Shown: positions 1 through 13,482 of the stretch, piece by piece
Layout of the letters: every line of letters begins with the position of its first letter
Numbering within the stretch: position 1 is the stretch's first letter
Assembly (NCBI RefSeq): GCF_009834535.1
Contig: NC_045696.1
Coordinates: forward strand, 113,524,001 to 113,588,000
Direction: 5' to 3'
DNA: 64,000 nucleotides
Origin: Camelus ferus
Taxonomy: Eukaryota
Notes under the pieces: generated by a model
What the model was told of the DNA's origin: nothing
Database searches by the model: none
What the model saw: the letters and a program-made list of their open reading frames with translations, nothing else
Program-made: the position numbers and the translations under genes

Positions 1-741
1 AGCTAAAAATCAGAAAGAAAAAATATAAAAATTAAAGGATCATAAAAAGGTCCAAGATTTGAATAGTTAAGTGTGATCCAGAAGGGATAAACAAAGGAAG
101 TCCAAAGGTTAACTTAAGAAAACTTCCAGGACATAAGTTTTCAAATTCAAAGGGGCACAGTACACTGTGGGGAAACAAACATATCAAGTTTTCAGGGAGA
201 AACAACGTACAAGGAATCAATCAGCTTGCCTTTGGATTTGAACAGCAACACTGCGGGTAAGTGAAAGAGAAAAGAAACAAGGTTCAATGGAGAGCAGACA
301 GAACAGAGAGTAGAGAGCATATCCAGAGAGGCTAGTGGGATAGCCGGGCACAGACTGAGCAGTCCTAGACTGGAGCAGGTCGGAGGCTCCAGGACAGACT
401 TCTTCAGATAATAGGAAATTCATATAATACCCAAAGCACCTGCCTGTCTTTTGAGGAGGTTTAGACATTCGTGAAAGCATCTGAAATTGTAAAAGTATGG
501 AGAAGTATGGGGTGGGGAAGGAGAGAGGCTGTAGGGAGAGAGGAAGAGGAGGAAAAGAGGAAGAGAAAAATTAACTCCAGGAGGGAAAAGTTATGCAGGA
601 AAAAAGTAATCACAGTTTGCCACCCTGGTACACAGTACCATGTACAGCTGTGAACAATGTTCACACAGTAGAAACGGTGCTGTAACAGTGACATAAACAA
701 AAAGAGTATGGGAGATGAAAAGATGATCAGTATTGCTAACT

Positions 742-1280
742 GTTAGAGAAATGCAAATCAAAACTACACTATCACCTCACACCAGCCAGAATGCCCATCA
801 TTAAAAAGCCTTCAAACGATAAATGCTGGAGAGGGTATGGAGAAAAAGAAGCCCTCCTACACTGTTGGTGCAAATGTAAATTGGGGCAGCCATTATGGAG
901 AACAGGATGGAGATTCCTTAAAAAACTAAAAACAGACTCACCATATGATCCAACAATCCCACTCCTGGGCTTATACCCAGAGGAAAATATAATTCAAAAA
1001 GACACATGCACTCCAGTGTTCACAGCAGCACTATTTACAGTAGTCAAGACATGGAAACAACCTAAATGTCCACGGACAAATGACTGGATAAAGAAGATGT
1101 GGTATAGATATACACAATGGAATACTACTCAGCCATAAAAAAGAATAAACTAATGCCATTTGCAGCAACAGGGATGGACCTGGAGATCATCATTCTAACT
1201 GAAGTGTGCCAGAAAGAGAAAGAAAAATGCCATATGATATCACTTATACGTGGAATCTTAAAAAAAGGACACAAATGAAC
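742..1280 (+). mobile_element. L1 LINE 3' fragment (end of ORF2 plus 3' UTR)
   Basis: ORF 791-1138 gives L1 ORF2 C-terminal motifs ([40 protein letters not shown]). Older L1-like A-rich sequence lies upstream at 1-700. Confidence 0.9.
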
Positions 1281-3853
1281 TACTTAGTATTTATAACTTA
1301 GATGACTGATTTCTTGAATACATGTAAGCACATCTGACTGTCCTTTATTACTGCATTCTGTTGATTCTTTCTTGTGGTTGGCTTTATTCCTTTGATAACC
1401 ATGTAAGTTTCAAAAGCTAAAGCTCTAAACTGTTCTTAGACACAATGAACAGTACATACACGTATATTAAAAGAATTTTAAATAACAGAAGAGAGGTGAT
1501 AAAAAGCAATAGAAAATACATTTAAAAGAAAGTATGGGGGGGGTAGCTGGGGAGGAAATAACTAGATCTTCACCACTCACTCTTGTGAATCTAGAGCTGC
1601 TGCCAAAACTGAAAGAGCAAGTAAACATGGACACGCCGCCTAAAAACAGGGTGCTAAGAGCAACACAAGCAGCTCAAAGAGGTGCCAGGAGCCGCCCAGA
1701 GAGCAGAGCGTGGGGAAAGCTGCTGGACAGCTGTTCCTGTGAAACAAACCTTAAAGCATTAGACTCTCTGGATTATGTTGGTATATAATTTTAATAAAAA
1801 TAAAAACTAAGAGAAAAGATGAAAAGGAAAAACAAAGATAACATCTTAAAACCCTGTGACACAGCTCCTTTATCAACTCAAGCTCCTGCAAGCACAACAG
1901 TACATGGCACTATGAGCTATTTTTCCAAATGAGCATCCAACTGGCTCCCAGAAATTAAGCATAAACCACTGGCGTAGTATTACGGACTCCCTACATACAG
2001 TTTAACGTACAGTGCACCATACACAGTACAATGCAGACTAAAATGGAAACAGAAGTACCACACAGGAACAGAGATGGTCCAGAAGTTCACTCTAAGGAGA
2101 ACTGGGGAGGTTTCATAGTGTAACGGAATCTACGTTATGCTTAAAAAGCCAAGTGGGCTTTCTTCAGGGTGGGGTGGGGTGGGGGGACCAAAATGAACAA
2201 TTTTGGTACAGAGATGTGATGTGTGTCTCCTGCAGGAATCTAGTCAAAAATGGAACTGGAATGACTAAATGAGAATAGATCACAGAGGACCTTAAATGCC
2301 TACCAAGCAATTTAGGTTTTAATAGCTTTGCATTGCCTACAGGAGTGTAGCGAAAACAGTCACTTTTAAGAAGCATGAAAACCCCAAACACTGAAAACAT
2401 CAACCTATTCAGAAATAGAAAGCTACACAGTCCACCTTCACTGAACGAAGCAGAGAGCCTAATTAAGAGGCTTTGAAATCTAACAATCTGGATTAGAGCA
2501 GTGACAGCGAGAACAAAATTGTCTCTGGGGAAGTCACTTCATGGTAACAATCCTGAAGGGTTATCAATAAGCCACAGATCCTTTGACTGTATCAACACAT
2601 TCACACGCTGTCTCTCCCTGGTTTCCCAGCGATACCGTTAACCAGAAACCCCAAGCTCCTTTCCAAGTACGATCAAGTAGCACTTAGTACGTCATTATTT
2701 GCTAAATAAACAAAACGTTGAGTTTATGTACATGATCTTGTATGTTCAATGTATTAACATTTCAGAAAACAACCAAACCACATACTCTGATTTTAGCTGA
2801 GAAAATACCATTAGCTATATGCTTGATTTGCTTGCTGTTATAGGCAATGGTTTAAAAATATAGTGTACCTGCTATTTTAGGTCTTGTCTATTTATTTCAA
2901 GAAGTTAGTATTCAATATTCTTTTAAAAGCACTCTTAAATGGGTTTATGGCTTTGTTTAAATGGGTTTATGCCTTGCAGCAAATAAAGGTGCAAGTATAC
3001 TGGTAGGAAACACAGTTAAGCAAAATGAATAAAAAGAAAAAAAAAAACAGTTTATCTAGCAGCTTGCTTGGGTTGTGCTTCTATTCAGAACCAGGGCTCT
3101 CAAGTTTAAAGACTCACCAACAGGCACATTCAACACCACGTAAGCATGAGATAAAACAAACATCAACAGAAACCTGGGACAGCCATCAATGTTCACCACT
3201 GTGCGGTTCTGTGAACAGCACGCCCGGCACGAAGCCCTGGGGAGGCAGACCAACTAAGACACCGCTGAAAGGAGAGCACAAAATCAGAGCAGGAGGTTTG
3301 TTTAGCAAAACAACGAAGTTAGTGCAGTGCAGTCAACAGCCCTGGAGCAGCAGCGGCAACCCCACAGAAACCTGATCGGGGACAGAAGGTCCGCGAGCTC
3401 GGCCAAGGTGAAGGCGCCCGAGGGGACAGCTGCTGGCGCGGGCAGGCAGCCAGAGCCTCCTCCTCGGGAGACCCTGACGCTTGTGCTCGGGTGGCACGGC
3501 ACGGAGGACTGGCTCCAGGAGAGAGCCGCCTCCTCAGGAGGGAGTCAGGAGGCTCTGGGGCGCCACCCAGGGCAGCAAGAGGGCAGCACAAAATGAATCC
3601 CAACGTGTTCCACGTAGAAACCAATTTGAAAATGTCTATTTAGACAGGAGTATTTGTTCAACATTACGCAAGGTACAAAATTTCTACAAGATTCACAAAG
3701 ATGTAAAACTGCCATTAGAAGGGCCAACAATAGATGACTGAAAGAGAAGGTGAACTGAAGACGGGTAAAGGGAGCCAGGTGGCTGTGAGCTCCAGTACAG
3801 GGGGCTCGGAAATGGGCCCACGTAACGGCTTCCCAGGGCAGGCGTCTCCCCTT

Positions 3854-3893
3854 CACACACACACACACACGCACACACACACACACACTCACG
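3854..3893 (+). repeat. (CA)n microsatellite, interrupted
   Basis: cacacacacacacacacgcacacacacacacacactcacgca. Confidence 0.9.
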
Positions 3894-6800
3894 CACAATC
3901 AACACAAGAGCGCCTTCCCTCTCGCTTGTGACAAGTATTTAGAACAAGTTTCCCAAAACGAGCGGCCTCCGCACTGGAGCTCAGTCAGCGGTTCTCACCC
4001 GCAAGTCCAAGACAAAGCTTTCACCAAACGGTAAAGAATAAAGGGAAAGGGATAAAGTACTATGTTTTCCATAAATTTTAATTTACTCAACTAAAAGTTT
4101 GTCCTTCGTTCTAATGTCAAGTTCCTCCTATTCTGCAGTTTTGTTTTCAAAATCCTTGCAAGATGAGATAAAATTAGCAGCCCGCATCAAGCCCCCACGA
4201 GCTGGAGTCGCCAGGTGACTCCTAGTGACAGCTTCACAGCCCCGGGTGGTACCCACCACAGCGGTGTCCACGGGAGAGAGGACTGGCCCCAGCCTGGGGC
4301 TCCTCTGGCCCAGCCCCTGTCCGCGGTCCTCAGGCCGCAGCCCCTCCAGAGGGCCCAGGCAGGGCCATGCCTCCCTCTCACCGCCAAGGCACCTCCATAG
4401 TTCAGACTCGCTCCTCGGAGGAACACACTGGACGCAGTTTCCACGGGCATGTGGAGCTTCCAGACCACAAGCAGGCTGACAGCACACGGATGAGAGACAG
4501 CCCCTCCGAAGTGCAGGGGATGTGCGGCCTTTGTGCCCAGCAATGTCCTAAACAGAGTGACTGTGACTTTGTCCTGGCTGGCACACACCTGCAGTCTGAC
4601 AGGCAACCGAAAGGCACAGCGTTGGAGAAGAGCATCTTAAAGCACTGAGCGCCTTGTCCCTAAGGGCTCCTCACTCAGCCCCACCTCTCTGCTCCCTCTC
4701 ACTTCAGTTCTTCCACCGGGACGTTTGTATCTTCACTCCTCCTTCTTTTCCCCTTTCATTTCAGAATACGCGCTTCTTTCCAAGATAAACGTGGTCTATC
4801 AAATTTCTCTTTCTTACTTTATCAATGAATCTAACACTTGGTTACAAAAAGTTCAAACTTCCCCATGCAAAAAGAGAAACAGAACTCAACAAAGCCTAAA
4901 ATAACCCCCCCACACCCCTCTATCACCCTTCAAGCTGCCAGTCCAGGGTCCTCCTGCCCTTTAGTGCCAACTCCCTAACTCTACCTACATCGCCACCGCC
5001 GAGATTTACCCCGCTTTACCTGACTCTTCTGCAGTAAATGTCTCTTAGAGGCTAGCAATGAGCTTCCAGTCTCAAAATTAAATGACATCTCCCGCTTTCT
5101 TCACCAGCCTTTTTGTCAAGAACTGACTGACCGTGCCTTCTTAAACCTTTCTTGCCAATCATGACACTGCTTTTCTGATTCTCCTTTGACCTCTGAACTC
5201 CCTGTTCCCCTTTCTAAAGCCCCTTCCCTGCTGATCTACCAAGGCAAAGGGACAAAGCCAGCAGGAGCTCGCCTTGCCATGGTATAGAGAGAGGTGCATT
5301 GCAGGGAAGCGTCTGGATCCACGTGAGACCTTGGGGAGCTTTACTGTGTGCATCAAGGGAAGGAGAAAGGGAGAAAGCAAGTCAGAATCTGACACAAACG
5401 TGGCAGGAAATGTTAGCCTGCTGTCTTTACAAGTCAGTGGGCCCTGGCAACACACTACAAAAATACTATTTACTGCAAAGCAACGACTCAAACCATATTC
5501 CAAATGGAGAGAAAGCTTTAATGGTTTCAATGCTTCACTTCCATAAAATCTGTTTTAAGAAAGGGTTACACTGCTTTCAAAAGTTTTAAAAGTACACTTA
5601 ATAGTATGATACAACTAAACACACAGTACACTTTAAAGTCAGGACAACCCTCAGCTTCCTCAACTGGACAGCAGGGCTAATGACACCCTCACACCGCGTC
5701 ACCGGGCTCAGCCTCGAGAAGGAAAGGACGCGCCGATATGTAAGGTGGCTCTGACCCCAAAGCGCTATTCAAACCCACACAATTATTTTAAAAGCAGTAA
5801 GTAATAAAACTTCCATAGAAATAAGGACGGCTTACTTGGGTATCAATAACAGCTGCCACAAAAATCTACAGCTACGTTTTGGCTTTCCAATAATCCAGTT
5901 ACTTTTCACTTCACAGGTCAAAATTGTAGTAAAATTCCACATAATGAATGAGGGTATCACACTGAAGTCAAATAATATAAAAATTAACTTACATCAATTA
6001 AGCTATGTACTAATTTAATAAAATTGAAAATAAAAAACACTAGTAAGACGGTGGAAGTGCATGTTCGTACCCTTCGTTAACCAAATACAGGAAAAGAGAT
6101 GTTTTAGAGAGCTACCTTTTCAAGCCCAAGGACTGCTTTAAGCCTGCTTTAATTTCACCACCACACAATGAACTCTTTTTTGTGTTTAGATACAGATTCA
6201 CAGAGTAGGTATTTTAGGTCTGTAAGGTGGAAAATATTCCTCATTTTAACTTCAAGCTATAGTCTCAACAAAATAATTAAAGTAATAAAAATGACACTTG
6301 AAAATCCTAACTTGTTCAGGGAACAATCTGCCTTCGTAAATGTGAAGCCTCTATTATGCATTTAATTCTCATAAAATACCATCAAGAAGTTGGTCAAATG
6401 AATAATTAATCCATATATTCATTAAAAGCAGACACTTAAGAAGATATACTTCTCAGTTAATTCTCACTTAACCATGGGACTCCCACAAAAGCAGTGTCAC
6501 AATCCTAGGTATTTATCAGGATCTCCGAGCTTTTGTAAAAACCACAAGGAGCTGCTTCTGCCCACAGCGCACATACAGAAGTTACTATTCCTTTACTATG
6601 TTGTAATAAAACAGATCCTAACTCATTTGCAATTCCTATATATTAGACATTTACTTGAGAAGATTAATATCTTACTTGTTACAGGCACAGATACTTGACT
6701 TAAATGAGCCTGAGCCAAAAGAATTCACTGGCCCACTCAACTGCAAAGGCCCAGGGAGGGCATCGGGCAAGGGCAGACGTGGACAAACAGCATCATTAAC

Positions 6801-8188
6801 AGCATCTCACCTCAACTTTGGGTGACTTTCTTTTGAGACAGGCTCTCCACAAATGATGCCTTGGAAAAGGGTCACATCCAACTAACAGCTACCCCAGGAG
6901 AAGGGATGACCTTCTAAAACAGCCCTCCCCAATACTTCTGCCACAGCTCCAATCAGTTCAGAGGAGGTCAAACACCCTGCCTGGAGCCATCAGTGCTGCT
7001 AGGAGGAGGCAGAGCTCTGGTGGGCGGGGCTTGACTCATGCTCCCACCATTACTGAGGGAAGGGGGGCTCTCGATGGAACAGGAAGGATTACTCGGAGGG
7101 GTGTTGGTACCCCAAGGGGATGTCAGGTGGACAGATGACACGTGATCATCACAGATGGTCATGAGTAGTGCTCCTCAAAACACACCATCAGGGCTTTTAA
7201 AGGTGCACTGGCAGACTAGCAAATGCAAAAGCTGTACAAAGCAGGGCTACAGGTTTGCAGGTATTTAGTGATTCTCATCAATTTACTCATTACCAAGAAA
7301 CAAGCAATCAGCAACAAGTACCTCCCTTCCCTGCTGACCCTCCTATATGCACTTAACCTTAAAAACTAAATTATGAACAGAAATGAACAGACCTAAATTT
7401 AAGAGTTAAAACTATGAAACTTCTAGAGAAAGCACAGGAGAAATCTCTACAATCCTGGGGTAGGGAAAGAATTCCTAGGTAACAAAAAGATGAACCATAG
7501 AAGAAAAAACTAACAAACTGTACTTCATCAAAATGAGAAAGTCTGGCTCTTAAAAAGACACTGAAAACCCCACAGCTAGCCATACTTCATGGTGAGAGAC
7601 TGAATATTTTTCCCACAAGAAAAACACGTCCACTGTCGCGACTTCTACTGTACTGGAAATTCTAGCCAGGGCAAACAGGCAACAAAAAAAATAAAGAAAT
7701 AAAAAATAAGAAGCATTCAGATTGGAAAAGAGGTAAAACCATCTCTATTTGCAGGTAACATGATCTCATATAGAGAAAATCCTAAGGAATCAAACACTGT
7801 GAGAACTAATATAAGAGCTGAGCAAGGTTACCAAGTGTATCGAATCAACATACCAAAAAAAAAAAAAAATCAACTGTCTTTCTATATACACTATTAATGA
7901 ATAATCAGAGAATACAAAAATTTAAAATTCCATTTTTAGTATCAAAAAGAATAAAATACTTAAGAATAAATTTAATAAAAGTACAAAATATGTATACTGG
8001 AAACTACAAAACATCACTGAAAAAATTAAACAAGACAAACAAATGGAAAAGATGTCTATGTTCATGGATCAAAATTTAACATTAAGACAGAAATTAAAAT
8101 GAACATTTCCCAAATTCTTCTGCAGATTCAATGCAATCCCTATAAAAATTCCAGCTGGGTTTTTTACATAAATTGACAATGATCCTAA

Positions 8189-8450
8189 CTTAAGGTTACC
8201 AGGGGGGAAAGGGGTAGGAAGGGATAAATTGGGAGTCGAGATCTGCAGATACTGACTGGCATATATAAAACAGATAAACAGGTTTATATTGTATAGCACA
8301 GGGAACTATATCCAATATCTCATAGTAGCTTTTGGTGTAAAAGAATATGAAAATGAATATGTATATTCATGTATGACTGAAACATTGTGCTGTACACTAG
8401 AAATTGACACAACATTGTAAACTGATCATACTTTAAAAAAAAAGAAAAAG
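8189..8450 (+). mobile_element. 5'-truncated young L1 3' UTR inserted into the older L1
   Basis: gggataaattgggag...tatagcacagggaactat...A-rich tail. 19-bp TSD aaattgacaatgaYcctaa at 8170-8188 and 8451-8469. Confidence 0.9.
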
Positions 8451-8510
8451 AAATTGACAATGACCCTAAAATTTGTAAGAAAATGCAAGGCACCTAGAAT
8501 TGCCAAAATA

Positions 8511-8637
8511 GGGGGAGGGTATAGCTCAAGTGGTAGAGCACGTGCTTAGCAAGCATGAGGTCCTGGGTTCAATCCCCAGTCCCTCCACCTTAAAAAAATA
8601 AATGAATAAAACTAATTACCCCCGCAAAACAAACAAC
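8511..8637 (+). mobile_element. tRNA-Ala-derived SINE (camelid vic-1 type)
   Basis: Pol III A box tagctcaagtgg and B box ggttcaatcc, ctaattacc body, A-rich tail. Perfect 15-bp TSD agaattgccaaaata at 8496-8510 and 8638-8652. Confidence 0.92.
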
Positions 8638-9370
8638 AGAATTGCCAAAATAATCTTGAAAAAAGAGTAAGGCTGAATACTCACACTTCTCAAGTTCAAA
8701 ACTTACTAAAAAGCTACAGAAATTAAGGCAGTATGGTACTGCCCTAAGGATAGACATATAGATCAATGGCACAGACTTGAAAGTCCAGAAACAAACCCTT
8801 ACATTTATGGTCAACTGACTTTCACCAAGAGCTCCAAGGCTCCTCAATGGAGAAAGAAGTCTTCTTACCAAATGGCATGGGACCGTGGGACAGCTGCATG
8901 CAAAAGAATTCAGCTGGATCCCTTCCTCACACCTCACACAAAAATGAACTCAAAACAGGTCAGTGGCCTGAATTTAAGAACTAAAACTGTAAAACTTTTA
9001 AAAGAAAACATAGGAGTAGGTATCTGTGACTCCAGGTTAGGTAACGGTTTCCTAGATGTAATTCCAAAAGCACACACAGTAAAAGAAAAAAAATACTTCA
9101 CTGGACACTTTATCAAAATCACACCCTTTTGTAAGCGATACCATCAAGAAAATAAAAAGACCAGAATTGGGAGAAAGTATCTCCAAATCATACATCTGGT
9201 AAGAGACTTTTATCTGGAATACAAAGAACTCAAATTTGTCATAAAAAGACATGAAATTTTAAACAGGCAAAGGATCTAAACATACATTTCTCCAAAGAAG
9301 ATACACAAATGCCCAAAAAGCACATGAAAAGATGCCCAACATCATTAGCTATTAGAAAAATGCAGATCAA

Positions 9371-9454
9371 TAATCTGTACAATTACTGAATCACTATGCT
9401 GTACACCTGAAATATAATACTGCAGAGATCAACAATACTTCAATTAAAATAAAA
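9371..9454 (+). mobile_element. Very short L1 3'-terminal insertion
   Basis: ctgaatcactatgctgtacacctgaaa...cttcaattaaaataaaa. 17-bp TSD with two mismatches: agaaaaatgcagatcaa at 9354-9370 and agaaaaatgcaaaccaa at 9455-9471. Confidence 0.8.
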
Positions 9455-11570
9455 AGAAAAATGCAAACCAAAACCACAATGATACACCACTTCTCACCCA
9501 CTAGGTTGACTATAATAAAACACAGACAAAAATAACAAATATTGGTTAGATGAGAATGTAAAACAGTGCAGCCATTTTGAAAAATAGTTTTGCAGTTACC
9601 CAAAATGGTAAGTAGAGTTACCATCTGACCCACCAATTCCACTCCTAGACATAAACCCAAGAGAAATCAAACATGTACACACAAGAACTTGCATGTGAAT
9701 GCTCATAGCAACACCATTTATAATAGCCAAAAGTAGAAATAACCTAAATATCCATCAAATGATGAATGGATAAACCAAATGTGGTATATCCTAGAAGTGG
9801 AGTATCATTCAGCCACAGAAGGAACCGAGAAGTGGTACGTGCCACAGCATGGGTGGACCTGGAGAGCCCGGCGCTGAGTGAAGGAAGCCAGCCACAAAAG
9901 GCACGTGGCACTGATGGCACCCTACCACCACCTCCCACTCTGGCTCCAGTCAGGACTTTCTTGCTAATTCTACCCTCTCTCTTCCCTTTGTATAGGTCCT
10001 CCCTGTTGGCCTTCTGTTTAAATCCTTCCCCAGGCTCACTACCTTCATCTAAAAATGTCCCATGACTACACTTTGACTTCTGCCATGTCTGACCTGCCAG
10101 GACAGTTACTGATCATATCCCATATTTGGACATTTAATAATTGTCTTACTGTTTTTCCTGAAGTGCTGTGATTATCTTCCTTCAAGCTCCTTAAGGATAA
10201 AGACATACTCGGGCAAGGGAACACGGTAAGACCTAACATTTATTCAGTACCTGCTTAGCTAAATACTTAATATATATTACCTTTAAGTAGGTTTTAAACT
10301 CTGAGTTTCTTCACTTATAAATCAGGATACTACCACCAATGCTTGCTGTAAAAACAGTGGGAAAAGTCCAAGATGTCTCAAGTGAAAAAAGCAAGTAATG
10401 GAACAGTGTCTGTAACATAGTACTATTTGTCTTTATAAAAACAGAGGTAGGGGAGGTGTGTGTGTGTTTACCTACAGATTAAATATACCTAAAGTAACCT
10501 GCACAGGATGCACGCTGGCAAGTGCTTTGGGGGGTGGACACGGGAAAACTTACTTTTTCTATATAGCTCTTTCTACTGTTTGAATTATCTATCATATCTA
10601 CCCATAAACTAAAATAAAAAAACCACACACATACATAAATGTATAAAATATATTTTAAAAAATATTAATGCCATAGTGTCTCCAACATTGGGGGTAAAAA
10701 TAAATTTCATTTCAGTTACAGTTACCTTGCTTGCTAATATCTATCACAACCCTTACTTTCTTTGAAAGTGCTCATTCTGACATCACCATGTTCTATGGAA
10801 ACATGGTATTAATGGACATCTTATTTTGATCCAGGAGTTTAAAGGGCTGCCCCATCCTGTATTTCCACAGTGTTCTATGTGCCTGGTGAACAACGTCACA
10901 CTGCACACCTTAGTCTGCCTAGGATCATCCTGCCACGAATCCTGATAACTATATGGTCACCCTACTGATGAACCAAAGGGAAGAGAAGTTTATTCTTCTT
11001 GGAACATCAATCAGAAGGACCATTTCACCAACTTAAGGAGGAAATTACGCAAGTTTGCATAGGAAAGCCCTCTTTTGGAAGTTTCAATAAGTATATAACA
11101 AGTTGATTAATATTTTGACCCCATACAGTGCACCTCGTCCCTGCCCTTAGACTACTTCAGGGCAGCATTTATTTTATTCACCCTGATAAATCAATTTAAA
11201 AAGAGCCATAGCTAGACACCTCACTATCATTACTGCAGATAACAAAGGCTGTTTCTATTTCTCACGTTGAATGGTACACTTCAGGACATAGTAAATACAG
11301 TTTAACCTCCCCAGTTTCCCTTTCTATCACTCATTCTTGAATCTTTTTAAGGAGCAATTTAAAAAACCAAGTACTGCCTTACACCATAGAACATTTACTC
11401 AATCACTTCTGCCTGAGCATCGAGAACGACTTTTCCTCATAGGTATTGGAAGTTCTTATTATTATGAAACACGAAATTTCTCAAAACAATGTAGACAATA
11501 ACAGTTCATTCTATCAGATAACCTGGAGCATTGGTTTTCAAACTCCAGCTGCCTCGGGATCACTCAAGAG

Positions 11571-11890
11571 AAGGGTGGACAAACTATGACTCACACAGGC
11601 AAGTCAGGCCCACTGCCCATTTTTATTCCGTGTGCAAGCTAAGAAGGGTGAATTTTCCACCTTCAAATAATTGAAAAAAATTCTAAATAATATTTTCTGA
11701 CACTAACGTTTTATCAGTATCTATAAAGTTTCACTGAAACACTACCATGTGCATTCCCTTCTGCATTGTCGACGGCTGCTTTTGTACTGTGAGTAGAGTA
11801 GAGTTGAGTAGTTTTAATAGTGATCACATGGCCTGCAAAGCCTAAAATATTTACCATTGGGACCTTTACTTAAAAAGCATGCCACTCCTG
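11571..11890 (+). mobile_element. MER58-type hAT-Charlie DNA transposon fossil nested in a MER5-like element (~11529-12036)
   Basis: Termini agggtggacaaactatg and tgccactcctg, internal gagttgagtagtt...ggcctgcaaagcctaaaatatttacc, 8-bp TSD-like ctcaagag / ctctagag. Confidence 0.8.
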
Positions 11891-12059
11891 GCTCTAGAGG
11901 CTTCAGAAAAAGGCAGACCCCTCCCCACTCCACACACTGAAACGGTGGGGGAGGGAGAGGTAGAGAAAAGAGGAATGTTCATTTTTAACAGCCACTGCAA
12001 ATAATTTTGATGTAGACAACATAGTCAGAAAACACTGATGGGGACTGTTCCTGTACAGA

Positions 12060-12645
12060 TGCTCAGGGAAGGGGGACGGTCATGCAAAGGCCCCTAATTT
12101 CACAGCTGAGTAGGAGGGGGGCCTCCCTCCTCCTAGCCTACGGGTCACATTTTCTTCTTTACCTTTACAGTTTACCTTGCCAGTGTAGGTCTCTAATTCA
12201 CCTTGCTCTCTCTTCATCTGCAGTATTAGGTAGGAATCCAGTTTTAGTCCCCTCTGTGGTGAATCAGTTTTCCTGACACCATCTATCAAATAATCCATCC
12301 TTTCCACTAACGTTTTTCCAGTGTCACTATAATCGTACATTAAAATGCTACAAATACACATCTGTCTCTAAACACTCTATGTCAGCGTCACTGGTGTATC
12401 TTACCACAAGCCCAGGGCAGTAAGAACAGTGTAATACTGGGCATGTCTTCCTATCTGATAAAGTGACTCCCTTCCCAGCCCCACAATTTCTTCTTCTTTT
12501 TCTAAGGCTGACCTCGTTGTTTGTGCATATATTCTCCACTTGTAAGTTTAAATTTATAGAATTGCCTCAAAAAAAAAAAATCCAACTGGAATTTAGACTA
12601 GGATTGAATTAAATTTATAATGGGGGTAATTAATATCATTATATT
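12060..12645 (-). mobile_element. Old L1 ORF2 fragment (inverted segment)
   Basis: Minus strand reads decayed ORF2 (ttataaatttaattcaatcctagtctaaattccagttggatttt...aaaactggattcctacct...gaagaaaatg). Confidence 0.7.
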
Positions 12646-12649
12646 ATAA

Positions 12650-13330
12650 AGCTAACAGTGGTCAGAGAGAAAGATATTGGAAAGTCTAGAACAAAGGTTT
12701 AATAACTAAGGTGTCCAAACAGAATTTTAATAGAAAAGTGGACAAATGATGATGAGGCAACACACAGAACAGGATACACAAAAATCTAACAAGTATATGA
12801 TAAGAGGCTTACAAGTAGTATGACCTGAAAAATATATATCAAACTACAAGATACCACCTTATACTTGTAGATGGGCAAACATCAAAAAATCAGAAGATGC
12901 CAAGGGGATTCGGGGACATGAGAATGCCCGTGCCCTGCTAGCAGTAGGCCTGGAGACGGGGGCAGCATTCGGGAGAGCCATGAGGGACAACTTTAAGTAA
13001 ATCTAAGCAAACCCTATGATCCCCAGCCACTGAATTCTTACAGAAGTCCACACGAGGACACATACCAGGACGCTTGCTGCTGCTCTGCCAGCGGTGATGG
13101 AGCACCAGAAGCAACCGGGGCTTCTGCAGACAGAACGGACACACCCCACAGATACTAGGTAGCAGACCAAAGCAATGACTTAGACCTTTGCATAGCAACA
13201 GGGTGAGAGCTTAAAACACTGTGCTTAGTGAAGAAGTAGGAAAGAAAATGAGGTAACATCATTTACGTACATTAAAAATACAAACACACTAAATAAGTCG
13301 TAAGAACACGTATCAATAATACATTGAAAC
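12650..13330 (+). mobile_element. Old L1 3' ORF2/UTR fragment
   Basis: atagaaaagtggacaaa, aaactacaagataccacctt, accctatgatcccc and cttaaaacactgtgcttagtgaa are typical decayed L1 3' motifs. Confidence 0.75.
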
Positions 13331-13349
13331 ACATTAGAATGGGTGCTTT

Positions 13350-13482
13350 GGGGTGGTGAGGGTATAGCTCAGTGGTAGAGGGCATGTCTAGCATGCACAA
13401 GGTCCTGGGTTCGATCCCCAGTACCTCCATAAAAATAAATAAAAACCTGTCTACCTCCCCCACCAAAAAAAATTAAAAAAAA
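13350..13482 (+). mobile_element. tRNA-Ala-derived SINE (vic-1 type)
   Basis: ggtatagctcagtggtagag...ggttcgatccccagtacctcc. TSD agaatgggtgcttt at 13336-13349 and 13483-13496. Confidence 0.92.

Larger units (their letters stand above)
7355..9910 (+). mobile_element. Old L1 (L1M-type) ORF2 and 3' region hosting three younger insertions
   Basis: Decayed ORF2 motifs (KRIKYLRINL, KWKRCLCSWI, QLDPFLTPHTKMNSK, KLLKENIG) with many frameshifts. Confidence 0.88.

Noticed and set aside
791..1138. 115-aa ORF and similar ORFs at 8872-9279, 30833-31060 and 63177-63455 as genes
   Set aside because: Fragments of L1 ORF2 in truncated, frameshifted elements.
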